Positions 13,063 through 26,060 of a stretch of 64,000 nucleotides of DNA are shown piece after piece. The position numbers and the translations under genes are program-made. This stretch comes from Gnetum montanum (Eukaryota > Plantae > Gnetophyta). Every line of letters starts with the position of its first letter. Positions within the stretch are counted from its first letter, which is position 1. The stretch is taken from positions 97,717-161,716 of the forward strand of contig MNCI01001193.1 of NCBI GenBank assembly GCA_015680685.1. Direction: 5' to 3'. Under the pieces are notes generated by a model. That model was not told the origin of the DNA and did no database searches. It saw only the letters and a list, made by a program, of their open reading frames with translations.

Positions 13063-13872
13063 TGATGAGTGGCAAGGTACCCCTACATTCAACCATACGA
13101 ATATGAGCATTTCATGCACGATCCAGTCGAACTCCGTAGATGGGCTAGTTGTGGCATCTAGATAGTTACTCGTGGATAGTAGTTTGTTGTCTTCCCACCT
13201 GGACTAGTATTAGCTTTGTCATGTATGGTTTAGTCCAGAGTGAGGTGTATGATATGTTCCTACACTAATGCTACTCTTGGGTATGATGGCAAATAATATT
13301 GACTAAACTAGGGGAGAGAGAGAGAGAGTCTAAGACAGCCTAAGTGCGATGAGCATCTGTTCCTTAATCATTTGTACAAATCTTGGACCTTGTGCATGAC
13401 TACCACTGGGATTACCAAGTGCATGGCCTAGGTACGCTACTGGGTTACCAAGTAGTCACACTTGAATGCTCATGATTTAGTTGTACTCATTCCATGTTAC
13501 TAGGAGATAAGGGTAGAGAGATATTAACTAGGAAAGCAGTAAATAATAATTAAATAAATAATTAATTAATCTAAGTGGATGCTGCAATAATGAAGTAATC
13601 TCGATCTTTATTTCCGGTCATGTGCGTCTCCAAGTACGTCACACTTAGATAAGGATGTCGTACAATTACAATCACCACACTACGGGAATACATTGGGAGA
13701 AAAGAGTTGAGAAGAAAAACTAATGTATTAAGAACTTATTGGAAACTTAAACTTAATAACTTAGAAAACTGCCTACCAGATCTGTCTACCTCTTATTTAT
13801 AGATGAGGAGACAGGCTGTGATATGCGATATCACGTATGCGATATCGTGGCCAACAAAATGATAACTCATCA
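13063..13872 (-). repeat. 5' LTR of the complete element
   Basis: TGATGAG...CTCATCA, adjacent to the PBS and the TSD. Confidence 0.93.
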
Positions 13873-16272
13873 ACTTTTATCTCCCTTTGAACACCAAATC
13901 ATAAAATAGAAAATGATAAAAATCAGATGCCTCAATTACACTTAACATACTAATGTACCTCACAAGTATAATTGGGAAGACAACAATTGACCTTAACACA
14001 AAGATTCACTTCCTAGAAGACTAGTGCACCAAAAACTACAAAGTCTATGAAATTCGATCGAATCATGCACAAATGCTTGTGATTCATATGGTTGGGTGTA
14101 GGGGTACCTCGCCACTCATCATGCTCCATCTTGGTTTAAGAACTAATAAGTGTTTTTTACTTTTTTGTTTTACAATTTTTTATCATTTTCTTATTTGTTC
14201 CAAAATTTTCTGATTCTTAATATGTTTTTCATTTCTTAATATTTTTTTCTTTATATTTTTCTCTTTTCTAGAGTCATTTTCTTTATGTTTTATGAATATT
14301 TTTTTTTATGCTTCCATTAATAATATTGCCAGTCATGATGCAAAAGTCGATGCTATGTGTTGGGTTTTTATCCTATGCTATCAAGATGATTAGGTAAGTA
14401 ATTGTGTAAAGTAGTGAGACCACCTCACTATCCCTCTAGTTCTCTAAATAAAAGGTTTTTTTTTCATGGAAATAATTTGCTTCTTCTTTCATGAAACTAC
14501 AATTCATCAATGATCATTGTACCTTGAAGAAAGAAGGAATGACCAAGTGGGAATGGAAAAGGGTGTGATCTCAAGGGGACTTGTTGGGTTCTCTTCATGA
14601 ATTCCTTCATGTAGTTTATGACTCCTCTTGGAATGTATCATCACTCCTTCATTGACCAATAACAAGAAGCTAAAAGTCTTTACATGGTGTAGTTCCCATC
14701 AAAAAACAAAAAAAAAAGCAAAAAAAAAAAAAAACAAAACAAAACAAAACGAAAAAGAGAGAGAGAGGGAGAAAACAATAATGGGAATTGAAAGCACACC
14801 CCATAGACACAATCATAGGCTACAAGCACTAGTTATGGATCTAAAAAGACATGTTACCCATGCCTAAAGATGCCCCTCTAACTAAGGTCCTTCCTTCCTT
14901 CTTCTTTTTTCTTCTCTTTTTGGAGTGATGATTATTCTTTGACGTGGTTGTGGACTCATGGTGGTTAGTAGGAAGGAAGACATCAATGTGAGGTCATTGT
15001 TCATGGTATGGACTTGGTCTAAACTTGGATAGATAGGTATGATGATCATTTTAATCACATTTTTCACAAGAACCTATTGTGGACATGTTTAAGTACCTTA
15101 CATCACGATCTTTCCAATCCCTACTCATCCCATTATTCACCTCATTGCTGCATGTGATTATGACCCTTTTGGTTTTGTGTAGTATAGTGCAACATCCTAA
15201 CCACAGTAGTTGTGTGTTGTTTGGAACAAAGGCATGATCTACATTTAACTTCTAGGATGCCCATAGACATCTATAGAAGTGGTTATGCAAGGGCATTATA
15301 GCAAGAGCTTACTTTGGGAAGGACCCACTTACATAACTTTTGTTGATCATGGCTTTGAACTAACCTTCACATATTCCAAAACATTAATGATAGTTTCTCT
15401 AAATTTCTACATGATTTTGGGATCACTTCTCATTTGTTTCATTAAATTTTCCTACTTTTCTATTTCCATATCCATTAATATTTCTTGGTCATCTTATAAA
15501 TTAGACCTTTGGTTTCAACTATTTGAAAACTTGTGTGCTTCTGGAGTTACACTTATTAGTCATGGGGGCTATAGAGGTCCTTTTTGAGATTTTTCTAACA
15601 TCCTATTTTTGAACATCATGGTAACCAATAGTAATTGATCAAAATAATGTAAACAACTTGATGATTTTAGTTACCTCATGGCTTTGGGCATAGTACATTG
15701 TCATCACCTTATGCTTAAACATAAACTAAGGGATCCAAAAAGGGTTGATTATTAAGGAAAAAAATTAACCAAAGCTAATTTTGATCCTTTGGTGACTACA
15801 GGTGATGCTTTAAGAAACACCTAAGAAAGAAGGAATTTTACTAGGAATGAAAATGAAGCCAAGAGGAGGACAATAGAGGATATGCCCATGGACAAATTGT
15901 AGCACATACAAAATAGTAGCTCAAACTTTACATGTTTGCTAGATCTATGGGATGATGAGAAGAAATTTTCATCCATGCTTCAAGAATGTTCTATAGAACC
16001 AAAGAAGCATTGACATAACAATCAAGGTTAAAAGTCTGCCACCACTAGCAACAACAAGAAGAATCATCTTTAGTGGATTGAATGTTTGTCTAGTCTTTTT
16101 GTCACTTTGTCATTTTTTATGCATCCACTCGAATAAAATTTTATAATATGACACTTAGAATTAGTCAGTAGTTAGTATCAATCAATAATCCCATCATTCC
16201 CAATTTTTTGTAAAAAAAGCTCCACCCTATCTTATTACCTCAAGGACAAGTTTTTACTTAGTTGTGAGGGTA

Positions 16273-17283
16273 TGATGAAGCATCAGTTGGCTACATTGAC
16301 ATAGGCATGTCATGGCAGATGCCTCGATGCAAGCTATCACATCTATTGGCTACGTTAACGTAACTATGTCAAGGTAGATGCATCAACATAGATGCCTCAA
16401 TGCATGCCGTTGCATCTATTTGAATAAAAAGTTAACTTTTATTAGCTCTAATATCATATATATGATATCGAAGCCCCAATATTGGGCGCCAAGAAGCAAT
16501 GTCGGATATTCGATATCATGGCATGTGTGCCAACCTATAAATATAGCGCTTGGGCACATGGTTTGGACATAGTCTTACAAACTCTTGTAGTTTTATTTCG
16601 TAGTCTTACAAAATAGTTAGTGAAAGCCTACAGTGTGATGTTAAGTGATTGTACAACATCCTTATTCAAGTGTGATGTACTTGGACGTGTTACATGACCA
16701 GCAATAAAGACTGAGGTTACTTTCATCATTATAGCACCCACTTAGATTTATTATTGATTTTAATTGCTTAAATGTTTACTGTTTTCCTTAGCTAATGTTT
16801 TCATTTATTATTCTTTATTATTCTTGCCATTAATTAGAATGAGTATGACTAATCACAATTACTTAAGTGTAATTACTTGGTGGCCTAGCAGTGTATTGTT
16901 TGGTACACCTAGTAATGTATGCTTGGTAATTCCAACAGTAGTAACGCAAAGTCCAAGGCATGTGTAGATGGTTAGGGATGGATACTCATTGCATGTAGGC
17001 TAGTTTAGATTTTACTTTCCACGATTAATTAGCTTAATTAATTAATCTCTTTATTATCAGTAGGAGTAGCTTAGGGCTAAATGACATCAATCATCATATG
17101 CCTCACTTTGGACTAAACCATACGTGACAAAGCTACCACTAGTCCAAGTGAGAAGATAGTGAACTACAATCAAGGCATAATGATCTAGATGCACAACTAG
17201 TCCCATCCATAGAATTCGACCAAATCATGCATGAACGCTTGTGATTTGTATGGTTGGGCATAGGGGTACCTCACTACTCATCA
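16273..17283 (+). repeat. 3' LTR of the old outer element (divergent subfamily)
   Basis: Starts TGATGAAG after a PPT-like tract, TATA cctataaata ~16533, ends GGGGTACCTCACTACTCATCA. Body homologous to the other LTRs. Confidence 0.85.
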
Positions 17284-17995
17284 ACTTCTAAATTGAAGAA
17301 ATGGAGATATGCTCTAGAATTAAAAGAATTAAAAATGAGCATAAGTAAGATAGAATATATAGAATACATTTTTAATAATAACAACCCAATGCCAACAAGT
17401 TTCTCATTACAAGTAATTCCACTACCAAGATTAATGTTCCAGTTAGATGGTAAAATTGATAAATATACAAGAAATAGGATTAAGGTAGGATTGTCAAAAT
17501 GGAGATAAGATAGTGGTGTTCTATATGATCAAAGAATTCCAATAAGAAAAAAAGAAAAAAATTAGAACAACATTTAGGTTTGCTATGTTAGGTAGTACAA
17601 AAGAGGCATGAAGAACAAATTAGTGTAGTAGAAATACGAATGCTTAGATGGATGTTGGATGTTACCAAAGGAGATAGATTACATAATATATATATTAAAC
17701 AAAGGCTTTAAGTGGCTTCTATTTTAGATAAGTTATAGAAATGACATCTTAGATGAATTGGGTATATGCAATGAACATTAGATACAAGCCTATAAATAAA
17801 GGTTGCTACATTATTGTTTTAGGAAAATCACTGAAAGGACGATCATAAAAGACATTAATAAAAATAGTTGAAGATTACATGAAAAAATTACAAATAAGAA
17901 AAAGTATAGCTTTTCATAGATATAAATGGTAAAAAAGAACTCATGCAGTTGGCCCTATTTGTGGGGACAAGGCTAGGATGATGATGATAATGATT
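17284..17995 (+). mobile_element. RTE-clade LINE 3' fragment
   Basis: KLKKWRYALELKELKMSISKIEYIE...RNRIKVGLSKWR...GVLYDQRIPI...VEIRMLRWM are RTE RT C-terminal motifs. Ends gggacaaggcta followed by a (GAT)n microsatellite tail. Confidence 0.85.
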
Positions 17996-18311
17996 ATACC
18001 TACAAGTTACATATCGTAAGTTTTTAAATATAAATTAATAATTCTATAAATCATGTGTACATGTCACTTGAAGACATGGTGAAAATATATGTTTGGAAAC
18101 TCTAACATTAGGTAGACAATTAGTCATAATATATAATCATCAAATCCTTTGCCTCCCGTAACATCTAGCTCATCATAGATGGGATAAAGATACCAAGATG
18201 GCAATGATATTAAATAATACAATCAAACCATCATCATTATATTTCTCTATAATTATTCTCATGTCTCATACTAGATATATTTTTTGGGATGTATTTATTG
18301 TCAAATTATTT

Positions 18312-18452
18312 TAACTTTGACACCCCCTCTATATTGATATTCAATAATACATTTACAAATAATTGTCAAAGTTACTTAGTATTGAATACTTAGTATTGAA
18401 TAATTGAATGCTAAGTAACTTTGACACCCCCTCTATATTGATATTCAATAAT
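18312..18452. repeat. 37-bp direct duplication with an intervening inverted patch
   Basis: taactttgacaccccctctatattgatattcaataat at 18312 and 18416. tgtcaaagttacttag (18364-18379) is the reverse complement of 18411-18426. Confidence 0.85.
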
Positions 18453-19899
18453 GAAGCATTGCTCACTTACTTAGTATTGTATTGGTTGTACAACTTGAGT
18501 TTCAATTTTGACATTCCACATGTGTAAATTGTAGTTCCTTAGTTTCATAATTATATCTCACAAAATTATATATTGATAAATGTAGTTTATACAACCATCA
18601 CCAACTATGAGTCAACATCATGATTTAAGATCTATATGTCAATGCTAAATTTGTAATAATATACATGAATTGGGGAGGGTATGGGTGGATTGTTATACAC
18701 TTAAAAATAAATAGCAATTTAAAAACATATTGAGAGATATTAGATCAACAATATAGAAGAGAGTGTGCAAAGAAAAAGCCTAATGGTTTTAGGATTTCAT
18801 CCTTACAACTAATTTTGAAAAAATCTCCCTTCTAGGATAGGAAAATGATAAAACCTTACCCTTATTCAAAAGTGTCTTTGCAAGTTTTAATTTTTTACTA
18901 AATATTTTCTTGTAAAGAGAAGGGAAAAACTATCTCTAAAGATAACAGAAAGCATCAATCAGAAATAATGAAAAAATAGAAATAGAAGCTAAATAGTATG
19001 CATGAATGACAAAGTATACCTTTGGAAATCATATTGATAAACTTAGTTTATATAGCCATAAAAAAATGATTTAGCACTATGATTTAATATCTATTCATTA
19101 ATGGTAAACCTAAAATAATATATGTGAATAACATGAACATATTGCTATAGCACATCCTTTATTTAAAAAGGTAATAACAATTGGTTTAGAAAAGATACAT
19201 TTGAAGATGATTAACACTTTTTTATCTCTTGCATAAATGGTTATTTTTAGAAAATTGATGAATGAGCAAAAACCTAATTTATGTAACCTTTTTTTATGTG
19301 GATGCATTTAGATTTGTGTTCATATCCTAAGATGTGAGGCGAAAACACCTTCTCATAAATAACATATCAAATAATTAAATGGCTTAGTAAAAAAGGTAAC
19401 TATAATTGATACTTTGGATTCCTTATCACAGTAAAAAAGAAGACTTTAGCATACCATTTAATGATACTTTTGCCACAAGTGTAGATTTGATGTTTTTTCA
19501 ATAGATCTTATGCTTTTAGTGGATTTGATATTTTTCAATGAATCTTATATTTTTTCAATTGATTTGATATTTCTCCAGTGAATCTAATCTTTCTCTAATA
19601 AATTTTATTTTTTTTTAGTAATTTAATTTTTCTCTCTTTGATTTTTCTCTACTTAATCTGATTTCTCTAGAATTCTCCAATGGAAGATTCAATATTACTC
19701 ACAACTTCTTCAATGAATGTTGTAATTTCTACTTCTTTTATTGATGTAGAAATTTCTATTGATTCTCAAAATGCAAAGTTACAAGTTGGTAAGAAAAAAT
19801 TTGTGAGGACTTCTTCTAATGATGTTGATCCAAGTACGATATCTGATTTTGTTCTTGTTGATGATGTATATGAGTCATTAGTTGATGATCTTTCATCAA

Positions 19900-20420
19900 A
19901 ATATGTGTTCATTTAAATTTGGGATTACCTGCCTCATAATCAATGTTCTATTTCATAGTTAGATGATATGATATAAAAACATCTACTTTTTAAGGTAAGT
20001 AATGCTTTGATGGTGTAGCATGCGCTAGATATAGGGTCTTTTATACATAAGCATGCAATGTTGATCATTTGTAAGTGGGCTCTAGATTTTGATATTTAAT
20101 CTAAAGAATATGCTAAAGTTCCATGTTTTGTTGAGTTATATAATCTCACATTGATTTTTCAGAAAGCTAAATAGGATATTATTAGTCTTTTCAGCCCTAT
20201 TAAACATATGGAGTCTATTTCTACAACATTTTATTTTCGTTGATGTTTTGTTGTTGAATTCAACCATATCAATCATACAAAGGAATTGGTATTACAAGCA
20301 AGAGAAAATACTTATATTCAACCAATTACATATTATAATCTTCCTAATTTTTGTAAATTTTTTGATTTAAAAGTACATTTATTTAATGCATCTTTTTTTT
20401 CTTAAAAAAAAATTTTAAAG
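19900..20420 (+). mobile_element. Highly decayed L1 LINE ORF1 remnant
   Basis: Reads QPITYYNLPNFCKFFDLKVH, resembling the plant L1 ORF1 knuckle lead-in (YExLPxFCxxCxxxGH). Upstream KVPCFVELYNL resembles the PxWVxLxxLP segment. Confidence 0.5.
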
Positions 20421-20889
20421 AAAAGAAATAATGTGTTTTAGTTGAAGATAGAATAAAAACAACATAAAGTTAAAGATATGAAAAATCAAGTTAACGTCAA
20501 CAATAAGAATGATTAAATAGCAATAAAGAATCTAGAGAACACATAAGCTCTTATGTACATTTTTTCTTGTACTAGAGAAAGTATTATGTAGCCTAGACAG
20601 ATAGCTCATAAAGTAAGTTTTTCCTTATTTAACAAGAATGCTATTAACTCAAATGTTTAAACTAATGTTGACAAGAAAGTTATCGTTGATGATAAAGATT
20701 CTTGACATGAGATTAATACAAGGGATGAGGTGAAGATCTTCTACAAGTGGTACCACTATCTTACTTTTATACAAATATTGATATTAAGTCACAACTCTCT
20801 ATCGTGAATCCTTTTNAAAATGTACATTTTATTTAGAAGCATCATTAACTATTCTTTTTAACTTTACATTGTTTAATAAATTTAGAAAA

Positions 20890-21062
20890 TAACTTGGGGC
20901 TTGTAGGACAACCCCTACCTATATAGTAGGGTAGATGTAACTCACTAATGAAAAGGGTCTTACCAAAAGGCTACTCTATTGCTGCTACGCTTAGAAGTGA
21001 GGGCAAGAATTATATCCACAACCTTCCAACTAAGAGATAAGTGTCTTGACCACTTGTCACCC
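20890..21062 (-). mobile_element. Decayed tRNA-derived SINE (same family as 55770-55930)
   Basis: Shares ccacaaccttccaactaa...tcttga.cac and tacca.aaggcta with 55770-55930; degenerate A/B boxes on the minus strand. Confidence 0.55.
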
Positions 21063-21284
21063 TCTTAGAAAAACATTTCTCATTTTCTAAGAGGGTGCCA
21101 TAATCTAGAAAAATATTAACAATGAGTAAAGAAAATTTAGAGTACATCATAAACTTAACACTAAATAGACATCATAGAAAACATATAAAAAAAACTTTTT
21201 GGTTATAGGATTATCTACTTAGGTGTACAACCTTATAATTAAAACTTTAAAAAAATAAGTGAATTAGTAGGGAGGAAAGCCCTA

Positions 21285-21464
21285 NNNNNNNNNNNNNNNN
21301 NNNNNNNNNNNNNNNNNNNNNNNNNNNNNNNNNNNNNNNNNNNNNNNNNNNNNNNNNNNNNNNNNNNNNNNNNNNNNNNNNNNNNNNNNNNNNNNNNNNN
21401 NNNNNNNNNNNNNNNNNNNNNNNNNNNNNNNNNNNNNNNNNNNNNNNNNNNNNNNNNNNNNNNN
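21285..21464. other. Assembly gap (N run)
   Basis: 180 N. Confidence 0.99.
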
Positions 21465-23000
21465 CATAGCTCCATCCTCTTCTTGGCTTGTTTTATCAAA
21501 ATCCAATTCAAATAAATGAAAGAATAAGTTAATTTTATGTTCATATGTCTTTTCACTTTCTTCTAATACAAGGAAGTTAGCTAGAAGATCTAAGTCATCG
21601 TGGCCCATACCTTCCTTCCAACCCTTGGGTATGAAAGAAAGATTAGACCAAAGCTTCTTTACCTTTCATTTTAGTGTCTTTTTTCTTACATCCAATCCCT
21701 ACAAACACACTATAACATAGTATTAGATACCATTGATGTAATATGTCATTTTCATGTCAAATATCAATTTGATGTTAAAGGTTATCTTACATCAAATTAA
21801 GTCTAACAAAAATCAGTGCCTTGCATTAATACTCGACATCATTATGACTTAGGTCAAAAACTAACTAAAAATAAAAAGAAAAAGTTTTAAACAATTTCTT
21901 ATTTTTTCTTGTAGCATTTTTTAGGACACTTTTACTACAGGAGTCTCCAAGGACACCTCTTTTTTGGAAGATTTAGAAAGAGTTTTTTCCTTCCTTGTAG
22001 TCTTTTCCTACTCTACTATTTTGGAGGTACTTTCCAAAATGCCCTCCTTTCTAGTTGTGAAATCCCCACTTATTTTGGTCTTAGGCTCCACTATATTCTC
22101 AATCATAGAGGTAGCCAACTCTTTCCTAGCCTTGGACACTGATGCGAATGGACCTCTTCCTCTAGTGCTATATGCAAACATCAGGATTCCCAAGTGTTAG
22201 CATAATGGGGGCCTAAAGTCCATCTCAAAAGTAACATCTAATTGATTCTCTTCATCTCTAAAAAAAGTTATCATGACCTTTACTAATACATAGTAGAACC
22301 CAAAATTGAGCCACTTACTCATTGTCTTTCTCTTCTACTTCTTGTCTTATTGGGGAAGTTTCTCAATTTAATCTATCATCCTATAATAATTAACAAGTGC
22401 TTAATTGCCTACCCTCCCTTGTGACATGGCCTTGTACAACTAATATAACTACTTGGGGGTCAACTCTCACTTTTTCTTGATCTTATTACAAAATAAAATT
22501 TCAACAAACAAGGGGAAATTTTTTTTCAAATCTTAATTTATCCCCTCATGGACATTGATGGCATCCTTTTTTTTTAGATTCCACACATTCTTTTACACTA
22601 ATAGCTCAATGGAATTAACTTTTAGCTATCAATCTTAATTTTCCTTTCTAGAAAGCCAAGCTAGTACTTGAGTGTCATGGGATCTCATGTGTCAATCACT
22701 TATTTCTAATCCATGCAAATGACAAAAATAGTCTTTTTTACTAAATAACTCATGATCAAACCTATACATTATGTAGCATTTAGATAAGGATGCTTCACTC
22801 CCAAGGTGCATATAATTCTAGATCTATTAAATTTTCTCAAATACTTCACTATGTCCACTTCAAAAAGCCACATTTGGACATCTTAGGTCTCATTAACTAC
22901 CCTGACTTCAAATTCCTCTCTTAAGCTAGTCACGTTAGTGAACTTGGGGTTATCCAGATTTATTGTTGCTATGACAATTACCAGCATCATGTTAATTTGA
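21465..23000 (-). mobile_element. Decayed coding remnant, possibly an accessory ORF of a retroelement
   Basis: Purine-rich, K/E-rich minus-strand frames (22008-22193, 21465-21608) with many stops, lying between TE remnants. No diagnostic motif. Confidence 0.3.
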
Positions 23001-23249
23001 TTTCCAAAAATTACAATAGCTTTTAAATACCTTAATCATAGTTGCTTACCTTTTTTCCTAAGAATTATCCTAGCTCCTTTAGGCCAATTAATGTTTTCTC
23101 CTTGGATCTCATCCCATAGTTGATGCAACCATCCTTTATTCTCATATTCATTCATAGTTTTCCTAGATATTATTGAGGATGATCTATTTCCTCAATCCAA
23201 ACTCTCTTTCCTTGATTAAGAATCATCTTTACTGAACAATTGTTTAGTT

Positions 23250-26060
23250 TACATGCATATATTCAATAATAAACATGAATAAAAGATGCTCCAACTTAGT
23301 GTTATGCTCTCCCAAGATATTACGGAAGTCATTTTAGCCATCATTTAGAAGCCTTTAACTACTTTTTCTTGGAGCTACAATGACATGCTTGATATTGATC
23401 CTAGGAAGATGTAACACAACATCATTTTGCAAGAAAGTTATAAACCCATCAAGAAAAAGGTTAAGAAAACTCATCCAACTATAGCTTTATTTATAAAACA
23501 GGAGGCTACTAAACCCTATAATGCTAGCTTTATTCATCCTATTACCTATTTGGACTAGATCTCCACCATGGTTGTGGTTCCCAAGAAGAATGGTGTTATT
23601 TATATATGCATTAACTTTTGTGATCTTAATAAGTCATACTTAAGGATGACTTTCCTTTTCCAAACATCAATCAACTCATTCATTCAACTACTAGTCATGC
23701 TCTTCTATCCTTTATGGATCATTTTTTAAGATATAATCAAATCTAGATAAACCTTGAACATCAACCTTATACTACCTTCATGACTCTTTGGAGGATGTTT
23801 TGTTATAAAAAAAATGTCCTTTGGTTTCAAGAATTTTAGAGCGACCTATTAATGTACTATGACTGTTATTATTTGCATTATGATGTTTAACATAGTTAAT
23901 GATTACGTTGATGATTTGATCATTAAATCCACTATAGAAACTATTCATCCTTCTAATCCATACCTTGTCTTAACTCACCATGATAGATATAATCTTTGTC
24001 TAAATCCTAAGAAGTGCATCTTTGGTATTCTTACAAGTAAGATCTTGAATTACCTTGTATCTTAGGATGACAAAGTTGTTGACTCCAATGAAGTTAAAGC
24101 TATTATGGATCTTCCACCTCCCCAAAACATTCAAAACATGCATGTTGCACAAGGTCATCTTTAGCCCATTCGTCGCTTTATCACCAATCTTATAAATTAT
24201 CTTCACCCTTGAACTCATCTACTACATAAATTTAATACTTTCATGTGGCATCAGAATTTTCAAAGAGCCTTTAACACTATTAAGGAATCTATTTTCTTCT
24301 CATCTTACATCCTCCCCAATTTGATCAACCTTTTTATCTTTATGTCTTCAAATCCAACCATTTTGTAGCTATCATGCTCCATCAATGGTGTGAAAATGAT
24401 GCTAATATGCTCATCTACTAAATTTTCCACCTATTTTTAACTTTGAGACCAAATATATAGATGCTAAAGTGTCTTTCTTAGGTTTGATCTTTGCTCTTAA
24501 GAAGTGGAGGCATTATCATATGAATGCTAAGGTGTTCATCATTTGTAAGGACAATGTACTCAAAAAAATTACTAATAATTCTTCTAATAGTTATCGATTA
24601 GCTCATTAGAAAAATTTTCTTATTGAATTTAATCTTTTTTATCTCTCTCAACATTCTATCAAAGGTTAAGCTATATCTAATCCTATCTCTTTTATCAAAT
24701 CTAATGATGTTATTCATAGCTTTCATGATGATGCAAGTGACTTGTTCTTCATTTTGATAGAGCTCATATGTTCTTTGGATCTAGTGTAGCCTATGTTCTC
24801 ATTCTTCCTACTAAGAAAATTTTTACAAATTCTATAAACTTTACTTTTCTTAGACAAATAATGTAGTTAAGTATGAAGCTTTGATTCACCGTCTTCTACT
24901 GGCTTTATAGTATTAAGTTAAAACTATTACTATTTATGATGAGTTTCAATTCATTATAAACCAATTTAATGATGAATATGACTATAAGGCATCTCATCTC
25001 ATTTCTTATTTAAAAATGGCTAAGGAACTTTTTTCTTCATTCTTAGTAGATGCTTTAAGTTACATTCCTCATTTTAAAAACATGCTAGTCAATGCTTTGA
25101 TAACTCTTGTAATTTATGATGATCCATTTGCCATTGATGACCAACTTGTTTAATTTGTTTTCTTAATAGCCATTACATAATCTCCTAACATTTTACTTAG
25201 TGTTATTAATTTAGATCATGGAAGTCATCAATATGATGATCTTCTCCATTATCTCACTATTGGTAAAACCCCTAATCACATAACAAATGCTTAGAAAGCT
25301 ATTTTGTATAAATGTAGTTGATACTTTCATATAGTAGATCCCAATAATTTATGTCATGTGTTTACCATGGATATCTTTCTACATTGTCTTAATCTTACTG
25401 AATCCAAGATCATTCTTGAGTAAGTTCATTTCAGAGTTTGTGGTGGAAATTTAGGATCATACTCTTTAGTTTTACGTGTTTTTTTCTAGGCTACTGGTGG
25501 GTAACTTTAGCTAAGGATGCTTATAACCTAGTTAAAACATGTGATGTTTTCTAAAAATATGTGATACTTATCTATGTTTCTTTGTAAGAACTCAACATGT
25601 CTTAAATCACATGGCCCTTTTAGAAATGGGGTCTAGACCTCATTGGTGCTATTCACCCTTCTTCATTTGTTGGACATCAATTTATTTTAATTGCTATGGA
25701 ATATTTTACTGAATGGGCCAAAGTTATTCCATTGCACTCCACAAAATCCCATTTTATCTATCATTTCATCCTTAATCATATCATCACTGACTTTGGTATA
25801 CCCCTCCAAATTGTAACCATCAAGAAGATATTTACCATCACCATTTGACACATGTCAGAATCTAAGAAATTCACAAGGGTAACCTAGTTCTTTGTCATTT
25901 TCTAGATTCTAAAGACACAAAGTTCTCTTCTAATTGGTAAGGTCCTTTCTTGGTGGTTCAATCTCTACAAAATGGTGCTTACATTCTCTTTGATTTAGAA
26001 GAGCATTAATTTTGAGATCTCATCAATAGAGCATTTTTAAAGCACTACTTGTGTAGTTAA
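23250..26060 (+). pseudogene. Decayed Ty3/gypsy Tat/Ogre-type pol (RT-RNase H-additional RNase H-integrase)
   Basis: FSWSYNDMLDIDP; VVVPKKNG..ICINFCDLNK; DYVDDLIIKS; LCLNPKKCIFG; aRH-type TNNVVKYEALI (~24853); INT WPF*KWGLDLIG...HQFILIAMEYFTEW; ends INRAFLKHY. Confidence 0.9.

Larger units (their letters stand above)
5360..13872 (-). mobile_element. Complete pol-less Athila-like Ty3/gypsy LTR retrotransposon
   Basis: Two ~0.8-kb LTRs with TGATGAG...CTCATCA ends and a perfect 5-bp TSD ACTTT (5355-5359 and 13873-13877). tRNA-Asp-type PBS, gag and a second ORF on the minus strand. No RT/RH/INT-core motifs seen. Confidence 0.93.
4748..14121 (+). mobile_element. Solo LTR of the same family (4748-5359 plus 13878-14121), split by the full element
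   Basis: Starts TGATGAGTTAT at 4748 and ends GGGGTACCTCGCCACTCATCA at 14121. Flanked by near-identical 5-mers TGCTT (4743-4747) and TGCTC (14122-14126). Confidence 0.8.
2300..17283 (+). mobile_element. Old, 5'-truncated Athila-like element (outer layer of the nest)
   Basis: Decayed gag at ~2450-4420. Internal region resumes at 14122-16270 and matches the reverse complement of ~9230-10900. PPT-like gttgtgagggta precedes a 3' LTR at 16273-17283. No 5' LTR seen. Confidence 0.75.
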
